Source: Negaprion brevirostris
Lineage: Eukaryota
Reading direction: 5' to 3'
DNA: 64,000 bases
Assembly (NCBI GenBank): GCA_030324005.1
Contig: JARDVH010000140.1
Coordinates: 29,522,268 to 29,586,267 of the forward strand
Below the pieces are notes generated by a model. It searched no databases. It was not told where the DNA came from and worked only from the letters and a program-made list of their open reading frames with translations. Position numbers and translations under genes: made by a program. This document shows, one piece after another, positions 53,800 through 64,000 of this stretch; the first letter of the stretch is position 1, and each line of letters starts with the position of its first letter.

Positions 53800-56580
53800 T
53801 GGTCAGCCTCTCACAGACGGGTCAGGCCTGATGTAGTCATACTCTCAGAATCATACCTNNNNNNNNNNNNNNNNNNNNNNNNNNNNNNNNNNNNNNNNNN
53901 NNNNNNNNNNNNNAGTTCTGATCAGAACTTTCCACGCACTGGATGAAGGGTCAGAGGCCCGAAAGCTAGTGGTTTTTACTACCAAATAAACCTGTTGGAC
54001 TTTAACCTGGTGTTGTGAGATTTCTTATTGTGTTTATCCCGTTCCAACACCAGCATCTCCACATTATGTCTTGTCTCACCGGCAGAACAGGCCCAGCAGA
54101 GGTGGAAACACAGTAGTATACAGTCCGCAGTCCTGAAAATGGACTTTTGACTCCATGTAGTCTCATAGCAACAGGTTACACATGAGCAAGGAAATCTCCT
54201 GCTGAGTTACCACGACCACCACCCAGCTTACTGATGAATCAGTACTCCATGTTGAACATCACTTGAAGGAAGCGTTGAGAGCGGTAAGGATGTGGAATGT
54301 ACACCAAGTGGGGTTTTCGATGTCCATTAGCAAGACTGGCTCAGTAATACCACCACAGACTGAACTGGCTGGGTCCTAGAGGTCACAGCTGCTAGACTGG
54401 GACTGTGGCGGTGGTGAGGGAACCAATAAGGGAAAAAAGATACTTGACCTCATCTTCAGCAACCTGCCTGCAGCAGATGCTTCTGTCCATGCCCATTGCA
54501 TAAGATGACCACCACACTGATTATTGAAAAGACAAAGTCCCATCACATTGAATATACCCTCTATTGTGTTCTGTGATACTACAACCGTACTAAATGGGGT
54601 AGACTTTGAGCAGATCTAGCAATCATGACTTGGCATCCATGAGGTTCTGTGGGCCATCAGCAGCAGCAGAATTGTACCCGACCACAATCTGCAACCTTAT
54701 AGGCTGGCCTAACCCCACCCTACTATTACCACCAAGCCAGGGGATCAACCTCGTTTAATGTAAATTGCAGGAGGGCATGACAGGAGCAACACCAGGCATA
54801 CCTAAAAATGAGGTGTCAACCTGGTGAAGCTACAAAACAGGACTACTATTGTGCCAAATAGAATAAGCAGCTAGTAATAGACAGAGCTAATCGATCCCAC
54901 AACTAACAGATCAGATTAAAGTTCTGCAGTCCTGCCACATCCAGCTGTGAATGGTGGTGGACGATCAAACAATTTACTGGAGGAGGACGCTCCACATGTA
55001 TCCCAATCCTCAATAATGGGGGATCAGAGCAAAACATAAGGCATTTGCGACAATCCTTAGCCTTAAATGTCGAGTGGATGATCCATCTTGGCTTCCTTTG
55101 GAGGGTCCCAGCATCATAGATGTCAACCTTCAGCCAATTTGATTCACTCCAGATGATATCAAGAAACGGCTGAAGGAAATGGGCCCTGATAGTGCTGAAG
55201 ACTTGTGCTTCAGAACTTACTGTGCCCCAGCTATAATACTGGCATCTACCTGGCAATGTGGAAAATTTCCCAGATATGTCCTGTGCACAAGAAACAGGTC
55301 AAATCCAACCTGACAAATTACTGTCCCATCAATCTATTCTCGATCTTCAGTGAAGTGATGGAAGGGTCATCAACAGTGCTATCAAGAGGCACTTACTCAG
55401 CAATAACCTATTCACGGATGCTCAGTTTAGATTCCACTTGCGTCACATAGCTCTTGGTCTTGGTTCAAACATGAACAAAAGAGCTGAATTCCAGGGCTAA
55501 GATGAAAGTGACTGCCCTTGACATCCAGGCAGCATTTGTGTGGCATCAAGGAGCCGTAGCAAAACTGGAGTCAAGGGGAAAATTCTTTGCTGGTTAGAGT
55601 CATACCTGGCACAAAGGAAGATGATTCTGGTGATTGGAGGTTAATCATCTTAGCTCCAGGACATCACCTCAGGGTAGTGTCCTAGATCCAACCATCTTGA
55701 ACTGTTTCATCAATGACTTTCCTTTCATCATAAGGTCAGAAGTAGGGATGTTCGCTGATGACTGCACAATGTTCAGTATAATTTGCGATTCCTCAGACAC
55801 TGAAACAGTCCATGTCCAAATGCAGACCTTGACAATATCCAGGCTTGGGTTGACAAGTGGCAAATGACATTCATGCCATAAGTGCCAGGCAATGGCCATC
55901 TCCAACATCACCCCTTGACATTCAATAACATTACCATTTCTGACTACCCTGCTATCAATATCCTGGAGGTTACCATTGACCAGAAACTGGAGTAGCAATA
56001 TAAATACCTTGGCTATCAGAGCAGGTCAAAGGCTAGGAATCTTGTGGTGAATGACTCACCTCCTGACTTCCCAAAACCTGTCTACCATTCTCAAGGCACA
56101 AGTCAGAAGTATCATGGAAAACTCTCCATTTGTCTGAATAAGTGCAACTCCAACAACACTCAAGAAGCTTGACACCATCCAGGAAAAAGGAGCCCACATA
56201 ATTGCTAGCCCTGCCACAAAAATTCAATTCCCCTGCCACTGATGCATCTTGGCAGCATCGTGTACCATCTACAAGGTGCATTACAGGAACTCACCAAGGT
56301 TCCTTAGGTAGCACCTTCCAAAGCCACAACTACTACCATCTAGAATGACAAGAGCTCACCACCTGAAGGCTCCCCTCACGAATCATCCCAACTTGGAAAT
56401 ATATCACCATTCCTTCACTGTCACTGAGTCAAAATCCTGGAACTCTCTCCCTCACAGCACTGCACCTCAGTGACTGCAGCAGTTCAAAAAGGCAATGCAC
56501 CATCACCTTCTGAAGGGTAATTCGTATTAGGCAATAAATACCAGTCTAGCCAGCAACACACATGTCCCAAAAATGATTTT
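53800..56580 (+). mobile_element. Near full-length ORF2 of a CR1-group LINE (AP endonuclease + RT), disrupted, with 3' UTR
   Basis: EN motifs PDVVILSESY (53827), YVLSHRQNRPSRGG (54065), GVFDVH (54311), ILDLIFSN (54440). RT motifs WKISQICPVHKKQVKSNLTNYCPINL and PQGSVLDPTILNCFINDFP..GMFADD. Many stops and frameshifts. Confidence 0.93.
53914..54063 (+). mobile_element. Penelope-like terminal repeat with hammerhead motif, inserted in the LINE endonuclease domain
   Basis: CAC-TGGATGA-aGGGTC-aga-GGCCC-GAAA-GCTA-GTG (53937-53971), followed by aataaacctgttggactttaacctggtgttgtgag..tccaacaccagcatctccaca. Confidence 0.75.
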
Positions 56581-56604
56581 ATAAAATAGTCCTTATTAGT
56601 TGTC

Positions 56605-56885
56605 TTCATAAAATCTACAATGCCATTTGGCCCATCAAGCCTGACTGACAACAATTTCACTCAGGTCCTATCCCCATAACCCCACATATTTACCCTCCGA
56701 ATTCCCTTGACACTAAAGGGCAATTCATCATGGCCAATCAACCTAGCCCTCACATCTTTGCAGTGTGCAAGGAAACCGGAGCATATGGAGAAAACTCATG
56801 CAGAGAGTGACGCAAGCCGGGAATCAAACCCAGGTCCCTGGTGCTGTGAGGCGTCAGTGCTAACTACTGTGCCATTGTGCCATCC
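56605..56885 (-). mobile_element. HE1-like V-SINE, tail type B
   Basis: gccatttggcccatcaagcctg..tatccccataaccccacatatttaccc..gggaatcaaacccaggtccctggtgctgtgagg..gtgccattgtgcc. Confidence 0.9.
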
Positions 56886-59175
56886 TCTAGTCTTCTGGTT
56901 CAAGGAAGTTCCAACAAAAAATGCCTACTGAAGTCACAAGCGAAGAAATTCATGTTCGGGGAAGCCAAGCATTATAGGGTAGATGCAATAATGTTTGAAG
57001 TGGTACATAGTCAGAATGTCAAATTTCTAGGAATGTAATCTGACCAAAATCCTCAAATTTGGATGTAGCCCATTGAATAATTTCACCAACAAAACTGAAT
57101 CATTCCAACCATTGAAATGTTGCTGGCAGCTTTGATGTGACTTCAGCAACTGTCAGCACGTTGGAAATCACTCATTCGTCCTCTTGATATTTGGAATTTA
57201 TGAGACACAGGCTCGTGGGACCATTTTATCCAGTTCCATACTGAGATGCTATCTTTGCCTTCATTTAGCATCCGTGCCTTTATTTTTTGGCTGATGCCAC
57301 ATATGTGAAATAGTCTCGAAACTCTGCACGTTTCATCCATNNNNNNNNNNNNNNNNNNNNNNNNNNNNNNNNNNNNNNNNNNNNNNNNNNNNNNNNNNNN
57401 NNNNNNNNNNNNNNNNNNNNNNNNNNNNNNNNNNNNNNNNNNNNNNNNNNNNNNNNNNNNNNNNNNNNNNNNNNNNNNNNNNNNNNNNNNNNNNNNNNNN
57501 NNNNNNNNNNNNNNNNNNNNNNNNNNNNNNNNNNNNNNNNNNNNNNNNNNNNNNNNNNNNNNNNNNNNNNNNNNNNNNNNNNNNNNNNNNNNNNNNNNNN
57601 NNCCCCAGCCCCCTCCTGTGTCATCTGTTAATTCTTTGTTATTCTCCAAATTATTTTGGAGTGAGATCACTGTCTCTGCGTTTGACGGATCTGGTCTAGT
57701 CACCGAGAGGTTCCAGTCTTGTGTGATCTGTGGCAGTGTAAATTAGCTCCAACCAGATTTAGGGTCTTAGTGCAGAACAGGATTTGAGCGCGAGTGCTGT
57801 AAAGGATGAGCAGTTGTAGATTCAGAGCAGCTTATCATGGGAATTAGGTGTATCCGTGGAGAGGGAGAGAGCAGTCTAATACGAGGCGACCTTTTGTTGG
57901 CTCAAATTTGACTTGCTGTTGTTATCAGGGCGAACAGTAACAAGCGTTACCATCTGTGTGGCTGGGGGATTACTGGGGAAATTGCACATCACTGTTCGCA
58001 TGTTTGGAAGGAAGCCGCGGCGTGGAAGAGGGAGCCAGGCTGCCTAGAGGGGCACTCTAATGCCTGCTTGCAGTTTGAATCCAGTTGTCTCCAGCACTCA
58101 CTCGCGAAGGGCTCTTATTTACCAGAGAGGATTTGTGCGTTGCTGCCGGCGAATCCGTCTCCTCGGCTCCTTCTGAGCGCTCTCGCCACCAGTTTATTGG
58201 CTGACCACTGGGGGAAAAAAGAAAGACAAACTGTCACTCCCTGACAGTCTTGAAGCCTTGCTCCTATCTGGATTTGTGTTTTTCAAAATCGGTATCGGTT
58301 CGACCGAGACCTTGGAATATACACTGGGATCTGAACCACTCAGTACTCTCTCTTCAGTGGTGAGTCAAATTTGCCCCTAAAACAAAAATCAGTGTGTTTT
58401 CTTTAACGAGAGGAACGCATGTCNNNNNNNNNNNNNNNNNNNNNNNNNNNNNNNNNNNNNNNNNNNNNNNNNNNNNNNNNNNNNNNNNNNNNNNNNNNNN
58501 NNNNNNNNNNNNNNNNNNNNNNNNNNNNNNNNNNNNNNNNNNNNNNNNNNNNNNNNNNNNNNNNNNNNNNNNNNNNNNNNNNNNNNNNNNNNNNNNNNNN
58601 NNNNNNNNNNNNNNNNNNNNNNNNNNNNNNNNNNNNNNNNNNNNNNNNNNNNNNNNNNNNNNNNNNNNNNNNNNNNNNNNNNNNNNNNNNNNNNNNNNNN
58701 NNNNNNNNNNNNNNNNNNNNNNNNNNNNNNNNNNNNNNNNNNNNNNNNNNNNNNNNNNNNNNNNNNNNNNNNNNNNNNNNNNNNNNNNNNNNNNNNNNNN
58801 NNNNNNNNNNNNNNNNNNNNNNNNNNNNNNNNNNNNNNNNNNNNNNNNNNNNNNNNNNNNNNNNNNNNNNNNNNNNNNNNNNNNNNNNNNNNNNNNNNNN
58901 NNNNNNNNNNNNNNNNNNNNNNNNNNNNNNNNNNNNNNNNNNNNNNNNNNNNNNNNNNNNNNNNNNNNNNNNNNNNNNNNNNNNNNNNNNNNNNNNNNNN
59001 NNNNNNNNNNNNNNNNNNNNNNNNNNNNNNNNNNNNNNNNNNNNNNNNNNNNNNNNNNNNNNNNNNNNNNNNNNNNNNNNNNNNNNNNNNNNNNNNNNNN
59101 NNNNNNNNNNNNNNNNNNNNNNNNNNNNNNNNNNNNNNNNNNNNNNNNNNNNNNNNNNNNNNNNNNNNNNNNNNN

Positions 59176-59450
59176 TGGCGGGAGAGAGAATTGTTTGTAA
59201 TAAAGATGGAGTTTAAAAGATTTACTATGTGGCGGTCAGGGTTAAGCAGCCAGTACAGCGGTACTTCATCATGCAAGAGGCATTGGAGATTATCTACTCT
59301 GCTTGGATGCATTATCATAAAAAGTGATTTAAAACTGATTGATGCAAATGGTTCTCAGTTCTTTTTTATATCGTTAATGGGCGCTTTCAGTGGCCAGAGG
59401 CAGTGATTAAGACTGTCATTTAGGGGCAGCTCATTAAAGGCAAGGATGGG
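59176..59450. promoter_or_regulatory. Candidate conserved enhancer
   Basis: Repeat-free. Overlapping Pbx-Hox TGATTGAT (59336-59343) and octamer ATGCAAAT (59342-59349), plus TGATTTAA, TGATTAA, CTGTCA and CATTAA. Confidence 0.45.
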
Positions 59451-60139
59451 AGCATTTGGAGGTGTTGGGGGGGGGGTGTGGTAGTGGACTGTTTCCAGTT
59501 CTGATATTTAAAAGATGAACCCCCCCCCCCCCCATCCCCGCACTCCCCTCACTCTAGCCCGCCCCACCACCACCACTACCCAGTGCCTTACTGTGGGATT
59601 AGCATCTGCCAAACAAATTACAGTATGTTTGATGTTTGACATGTTGGTCCTGATTTTATTTTAATGGAGGAGCTCGGACGAGTCCCTTGGCTTCCCTGCT
59701 GAGCTCAGTGTTGGGGAAGTGTGAAGCGGCAGCAAGGCTGAAGGACGCTGCTGATTTTCAATCAGTTTTTAAAAAATAATTTTTAAAAATCTTCCTTTTT
59801 ATGGAGGGGAAGGTAAGAAACCTTAATTGTGGACTTCCACCCCAAAATGCCTCTAATGTGCAAACTGAGATTATTCTATTCCAGCATTAAACCTGTTTCT
59901 CTGACCTTTTGTATTTTCCAATCAAAGCATATATTACCTTATTGAATANNNNNNNNNNNNNNNNNNNNNNNNNNNNNNNNNNNNNNNNNNNNNNNNNNNN
60001 NNNNNNNNNNNNNNNNNNNNNNNNNNNNNNNNNNNNNNNNNNNNNNNNNNNNNNNNNNNNNNNNNNNNNGAATCAAGTGTATTAGATATTTTAGTGTTAT
60101 TAAAAGTGGGTTTTTTTAGTGGGGGGGGGGATGCTGTAT

Positions 60140-61070
60140 TTTGTTCAGATAATGCTTCCTAAACGAACTGAGTGACTTGCTGAGAAACGTACATTGCCGG
60201 GAGTAAGGAGACCATCCATTTCTGCAGACTGGTATTAATCAGAGAAATGTAGACTCGTGGTAGGCTAGAGCTTTTGTGTTTATTTGTTCAGATATTTACA
60301 CAGGCACATTCATGTCATTTCATCTCGCAGCCAGCGCCTTTACAATGCCGCATGTTATCAGTTTACCCTCACCGGCAGCTATCGGAGAGGAAACATTTGT
60401 TACAAGAATGAAGGCAGCGAGAGAAATCTACTGGAAGATCTCAAACCTCTGTACACAGACACCAAAGCTAGTGGAGTCTTTGAACTGGAAATAACAGCAC
60501 TCTTCTGAGACCAATTTCATAAAAATTTGAAGCCTGTTTTTATTGGCCATTAAAGCAACCTTTATTTTATAAGGGAATGTTGCAGTAATTGCTTTTTACG
60601 AAGAGTACTTTGTAACACACATGAGCACTTGAAAGAGGAGCCATTCTGATGTTGTCTACCGGGACTCGGTGGCGCAATTAATTTTGCTCCATCTGTTCTT
60701 GGGACTTTAAAGGAAAATGGATTTTTTTTTGTTGAGTGTATTTTAATGAAGAAGATAAAGTGTGGCATTGATGTCCCACAGGCTTGGTGCAGTAAGTTCA
60801 AATTATTGCTCAGTCTGTCAGGACGGGCTGCTTCCTCCGAGGCTGACATGACAGGCAGCTCAGGTCTGCCCTGAGTGTGCCACTCTAGGTGACAAACAGC
60901 CGCTTGGCTTCTGGTGAGGCACTATTAAAATGTCAGTCTCCAATGACGGAGAGTCCAGGTGGGTCCCTGCTGGACGCAAGATACTTCCAGTCTGAGCTAA
61001 TGCCTCACTGCAGGACCTTATCAGCGCCGCCCCAGCCGAAAGATCTTGCCATCACATCTTATTATCTATA
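60140..61070. promoter_or_regulatory. Candidate conserved enhancer
   Basis: Repeat-free. FOX-type TGTTTAT (60277) and TATTTAC (60293), CAATTAATT (60675), CTGTCA and TGACAG (60814, 60849). Several CpGs are retained. Confidence 0.4.
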
Positions 61071-61201
61071 AGTGGGGGGGGGGGGGGGGGGGCTAAAAAT
61101 GNNNNNNNNNNNNNNNNNNNNNNNNNNNNNNNNNNNNNNNNNNNNNNNNNNNNNNNNNNNNNNNNNNNNNNNNNNNNNNNNNNNNNNNNNNNNNNNNNNN
61201 N

Positions 61202-61232
<31 letters not shown>

Positions 61233-61964
61233 AACTGCCTTATAGTCCCATTATTCTCGTGCAGTGGTTCAAGGGTAAAGCTTTATTGCTTCGAAGCTTT
61301 GTTCATTCAGCAGCATTGGCTTCTGAGGCAATTCTTTAACCCACAATCATTCATGATGATAAAGGCTGGTTCCTTGACTGCTTTAAATCACAGTGTGCTG
61401 CCTGTACTTTAATAACTATTTCCAAAGAGCTATTCAGTTTACCACACACACATGTTATTGAGCATGCCACCAGAAACACAATTTCCCAATCCAATCACAC
61501 TGTAAATTACTGAACCTTTTTTTTCTCTTCATGAAGGACTCTGACATTTGATGGTCACTATCCCAGCAATTCAAAAATTATGATCTAAAACATTTACAAG
61601 AAGAATGAGACTTTTTAATATATCTGTTGGAACCATTCAGGAAGCACAATTAAATATTGTAAATTAATACTTTTTTTTGTATTTAGAATTATTTCAGCTC
61701 TTGTCTTTTTAAGGAACAATAATCAGGGTATTTGTTCTTGTTTGGTCAACTATTAATGTTTTCATGAAGGAATGCGCTTTGTAGATATAAAAACGAAACC
61801 CATTTCCACTTGCCAACTCCTGTTACAAAACAGCAGAATTTTTGAAACGTGTTAAAATAATTTAGTGGGCGCATTGCTGTGGTCAGGGAATTGAATGTAC
61901 ATAAGTGAAGGTTAGTTGTCTGAAAGATCTCCGGTTTTCCATTCCTTGCCCTATAAATTGGAGC

Positions 61965-62110
61965 TCAGCGCAGCAAAGGACACTTTTACCACACGGATTG
62001 CAGCGGCTTCGAGAAGGCAGCTTACCACCACCTTCTCAAGTGCAGTCAGGGAAGGGCGATAAATGTTGATCATGCCTGTGACATCCATATCCTGTAAATA
62101 ATAAATAAAG
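61965..62110 (+). mobile_element. CR1-group LINE 3' tail
   Basis: ggattgcagcggcttcgagaaggcagcttaccaccaccttctcaag..gggaagggcgataaatg..catccatatcctgtaaataataaataaa. Confidence 0.85.
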
Positions 62111-62199
62111 AAGAAAGCACACTTCACTCAGACATAGTTAATTTAGTGGCGTAGTGGGCAAAAATACAAGCTTTCTTTTCACCCTCTCCTTTGAGTATT

Positions 62200-62650
62200 T
62201 TGTAGGTCTTGGTTGCCTTCTTACGATCTGGTGAATCTTCCGGAATTAAATCTTCCCTGTGCTTTGTTAAATTGTGAGGCAGCTTATTGCTTGAAGGTTA
62301 ATTGGTAACCTGTTTAATTATTAGATCTCAATCCTTCTTAATAAATATTTGCTGTCAAGCTACCATAAGCAGCAATTTACATTGACAAGGGGAACACTTT
62401 AGTTTGTTGATTTCTCATGAGTGTCGCTGAGACATGATAGTGAGTGAATGTACTAACACCCCCATTTAAGCACTTCGCTGCTGGCTCATTTGTCCCTTCC
62501 AAGGTGCCAGTTCAGCACTTTTACAGTGTTGCGGACATGTTAAATAATTATTGCATTTTTTTTCACCATTGTGTTGTAGTAAAGAGCATATCCCAAAATT
62601 TCATTGTAACATATTCTATGAACTACATCCCAAATAAGTTCAATCTTGAA
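62200..62650. promoter_or_regulatory. Candidate conserved enhancer
   Basis: Repeat-free and AT-rich, with TTAATTGG, TTTAATTATTA, CTGTCA, TTGACA and TAATTATT clusters. Confidence 0.4.
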
Positions 62651-62909
62651 GCAGTGTCACAGACTTTATAACTTCACTTGTAATCACAGTATTCTTGTAC
62701 CACCATTTCAATCCATGAGGCGCATAAACCTCCTGTTCTTTTTCCTTCTCACCTATGCCAAAGCCAGACTATCTTCACTTATTATGTAGTTTGGCACAGG
62801 TAAAGATTTTCAGGGTGCTATCATATGAATCATCAGTTCCCTATCAGGATGTTCCTTAAGTGATTTACTGGGGATCACCTTTTCTCTTGTACTGGGTGGC
62901 AAGGGGTCA

Positions 62910-63040
62910 AAATTGGATTTATGAAATGCTTTTCACATCCCTAGGAAAATTCTACAGCCACAGCAGGACTTCTGAAGTGTAGTCATTCNNNNNNNNNNGT
63001 GTAACGTAGGAAAATAGGCAGCCCGTTCTCAAGGACAAGA
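62910..63040 (-). mobile_element. DeuSINE 3' tail remnant
   Basis: cttttcacatccctagg..tacagcca..acttctgaagtgtagtca..gtaacgtaggaaa..gcagcc is antiparallel to the Deu tail seen at 2390-2410/2770-2850. Confidence 0.6.
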
Positions 63041-64000
63041 ATAAAAATTTACACATTTTGTGCAGTGTTCCTAAACCTGATGGATGTGTGCCCAATGTGA
63101 AAAGAACGTTTCCCCTTTTTGATTGTGGCTATTTATTTTTTGGAGTTTATAATTTTTGCTATCCAAAACAATTTGGGGATGACCTGGGTATAAAATGGGA
63201 GCTTAATGTTCAAGATGCATTTGACGGCTGATCTTATTAGAGCATCATGTGCATTGATAAAGACAGTGTGGGAGTCTTTCACTTGTCCAAAGCACTCTCC
63301 TTCATGCCTCGAGAGCACTGCAGATTTTCGTCACTTGGAAAATATCAACATAATCATGGGTATTTTGCATCTAAGAAAACTGCAGCAATTCAGTGACTAT
63401 GGATACTCTCATCATCTGTGAAGATGAATGCTGTGGGCATGTTAATGTTTAAGCGCTGCCTGCCTTCACATGTTACAACTGATTGCCAGCTGGTTTCTAT
63501 CAATTCAGCAAGTCATTTAGTTACTAGTTATGATGAGCTAACTATAGAAATAATTTTAGACAAGTCACTGCCATGTTTTATCAAGTGCTGTACTTCTAGA
63601 CGTCCGAGTCCACCATTTGCAGACTTGACCTTACTCCATTAGCATCCTCTTCCTGAGCCAGTGCAATTCCAATGATTTGAATTGCTATCATTGGAATCTG
63701 ACTTCTGTGAATCTATGCTTAAGGATGGGGCATTCATCTTCACCGAGGGCATTTTACCTGGAGTGCAGAAAAGCTGTTGCCTCTTGGTAGCCTGTTAGCC
63801 TGCAGTCAGCGGTGATTGCTATCGGATGGCTGCTGCCCATAGCCAAGACTGAACAGGTTCTGTAGCCTGTGGCGTGTTAAAAATCAGTTTATGTCTGTGT
63901 GAAAATCTTCCCCGTCATAAAATTCCAGATATTCTTTTGATAGAAATTGTTTCTCAATGTTGAAAGAAATTGAGTTTTAGCGCACACCACCATTATGAAA

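Noticed and set aside
58048-58066. tgcctagaggggcac as a CTCF site
   Set aside because: Spacing is one base off the core consensus, so the match is weak.
1-64000. Prokaryotic-type systems (CRISPR array, operons, defence genes)
   Set aside because: The window is vertebrate non-coding DNA with no gene-dense regions and no repeat-spacer arrays.

Overview
This is a eukaryotic, repeat-rich non-coding window (intergenic or deep intron) from a draft cartilaginous-fish genome with many N gaps. A shark is most likely, inferred from HE1/V-SINE-type, DeuSINE/SacSINE1-type and CR1-type repeats. I found no protein-coding exon that I can support: every ORF in the track with a recognisable product is a retrotransposon fragment (CR1, a CR1-group EN+RT LINE, L2, Rex1/Babar, RTE, Penelope GIY-YIG) or a read-through of N gaps. 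Positions 1-45.4 kb and 49-57 kb are densely layered with nested SINEs, LINEs, MITEs and a probable solo LTR. Positions 46.1-49.1 kb and 57.6-63.9 kb are nearly repeat-free and rich in homeodomain/TALE/FOX/POU motifs, like conserved enhancers of a developmental gene. The most notable observations are: (i) a Penelope-like element in inverted configuration with decayed minimal hammerhead-ribozyme motifs at both ends, plus two further hammerhead-bearing Penelope terminus families; (ii) palindromic Penelope-terminus mini-elements repeatedly interrupted at their centre by other retroelements; (iii) a divergent CR1 pair forming a ~96% identical inverted repeat that extends into shared flanking DNA; (iv) one SINE body carrying two alternative LINE-derived tails. 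Family names come from remembered consensus features, not database searches, and repeat boundaries are approximate (+/-10-30 bp) unless stated as exact.
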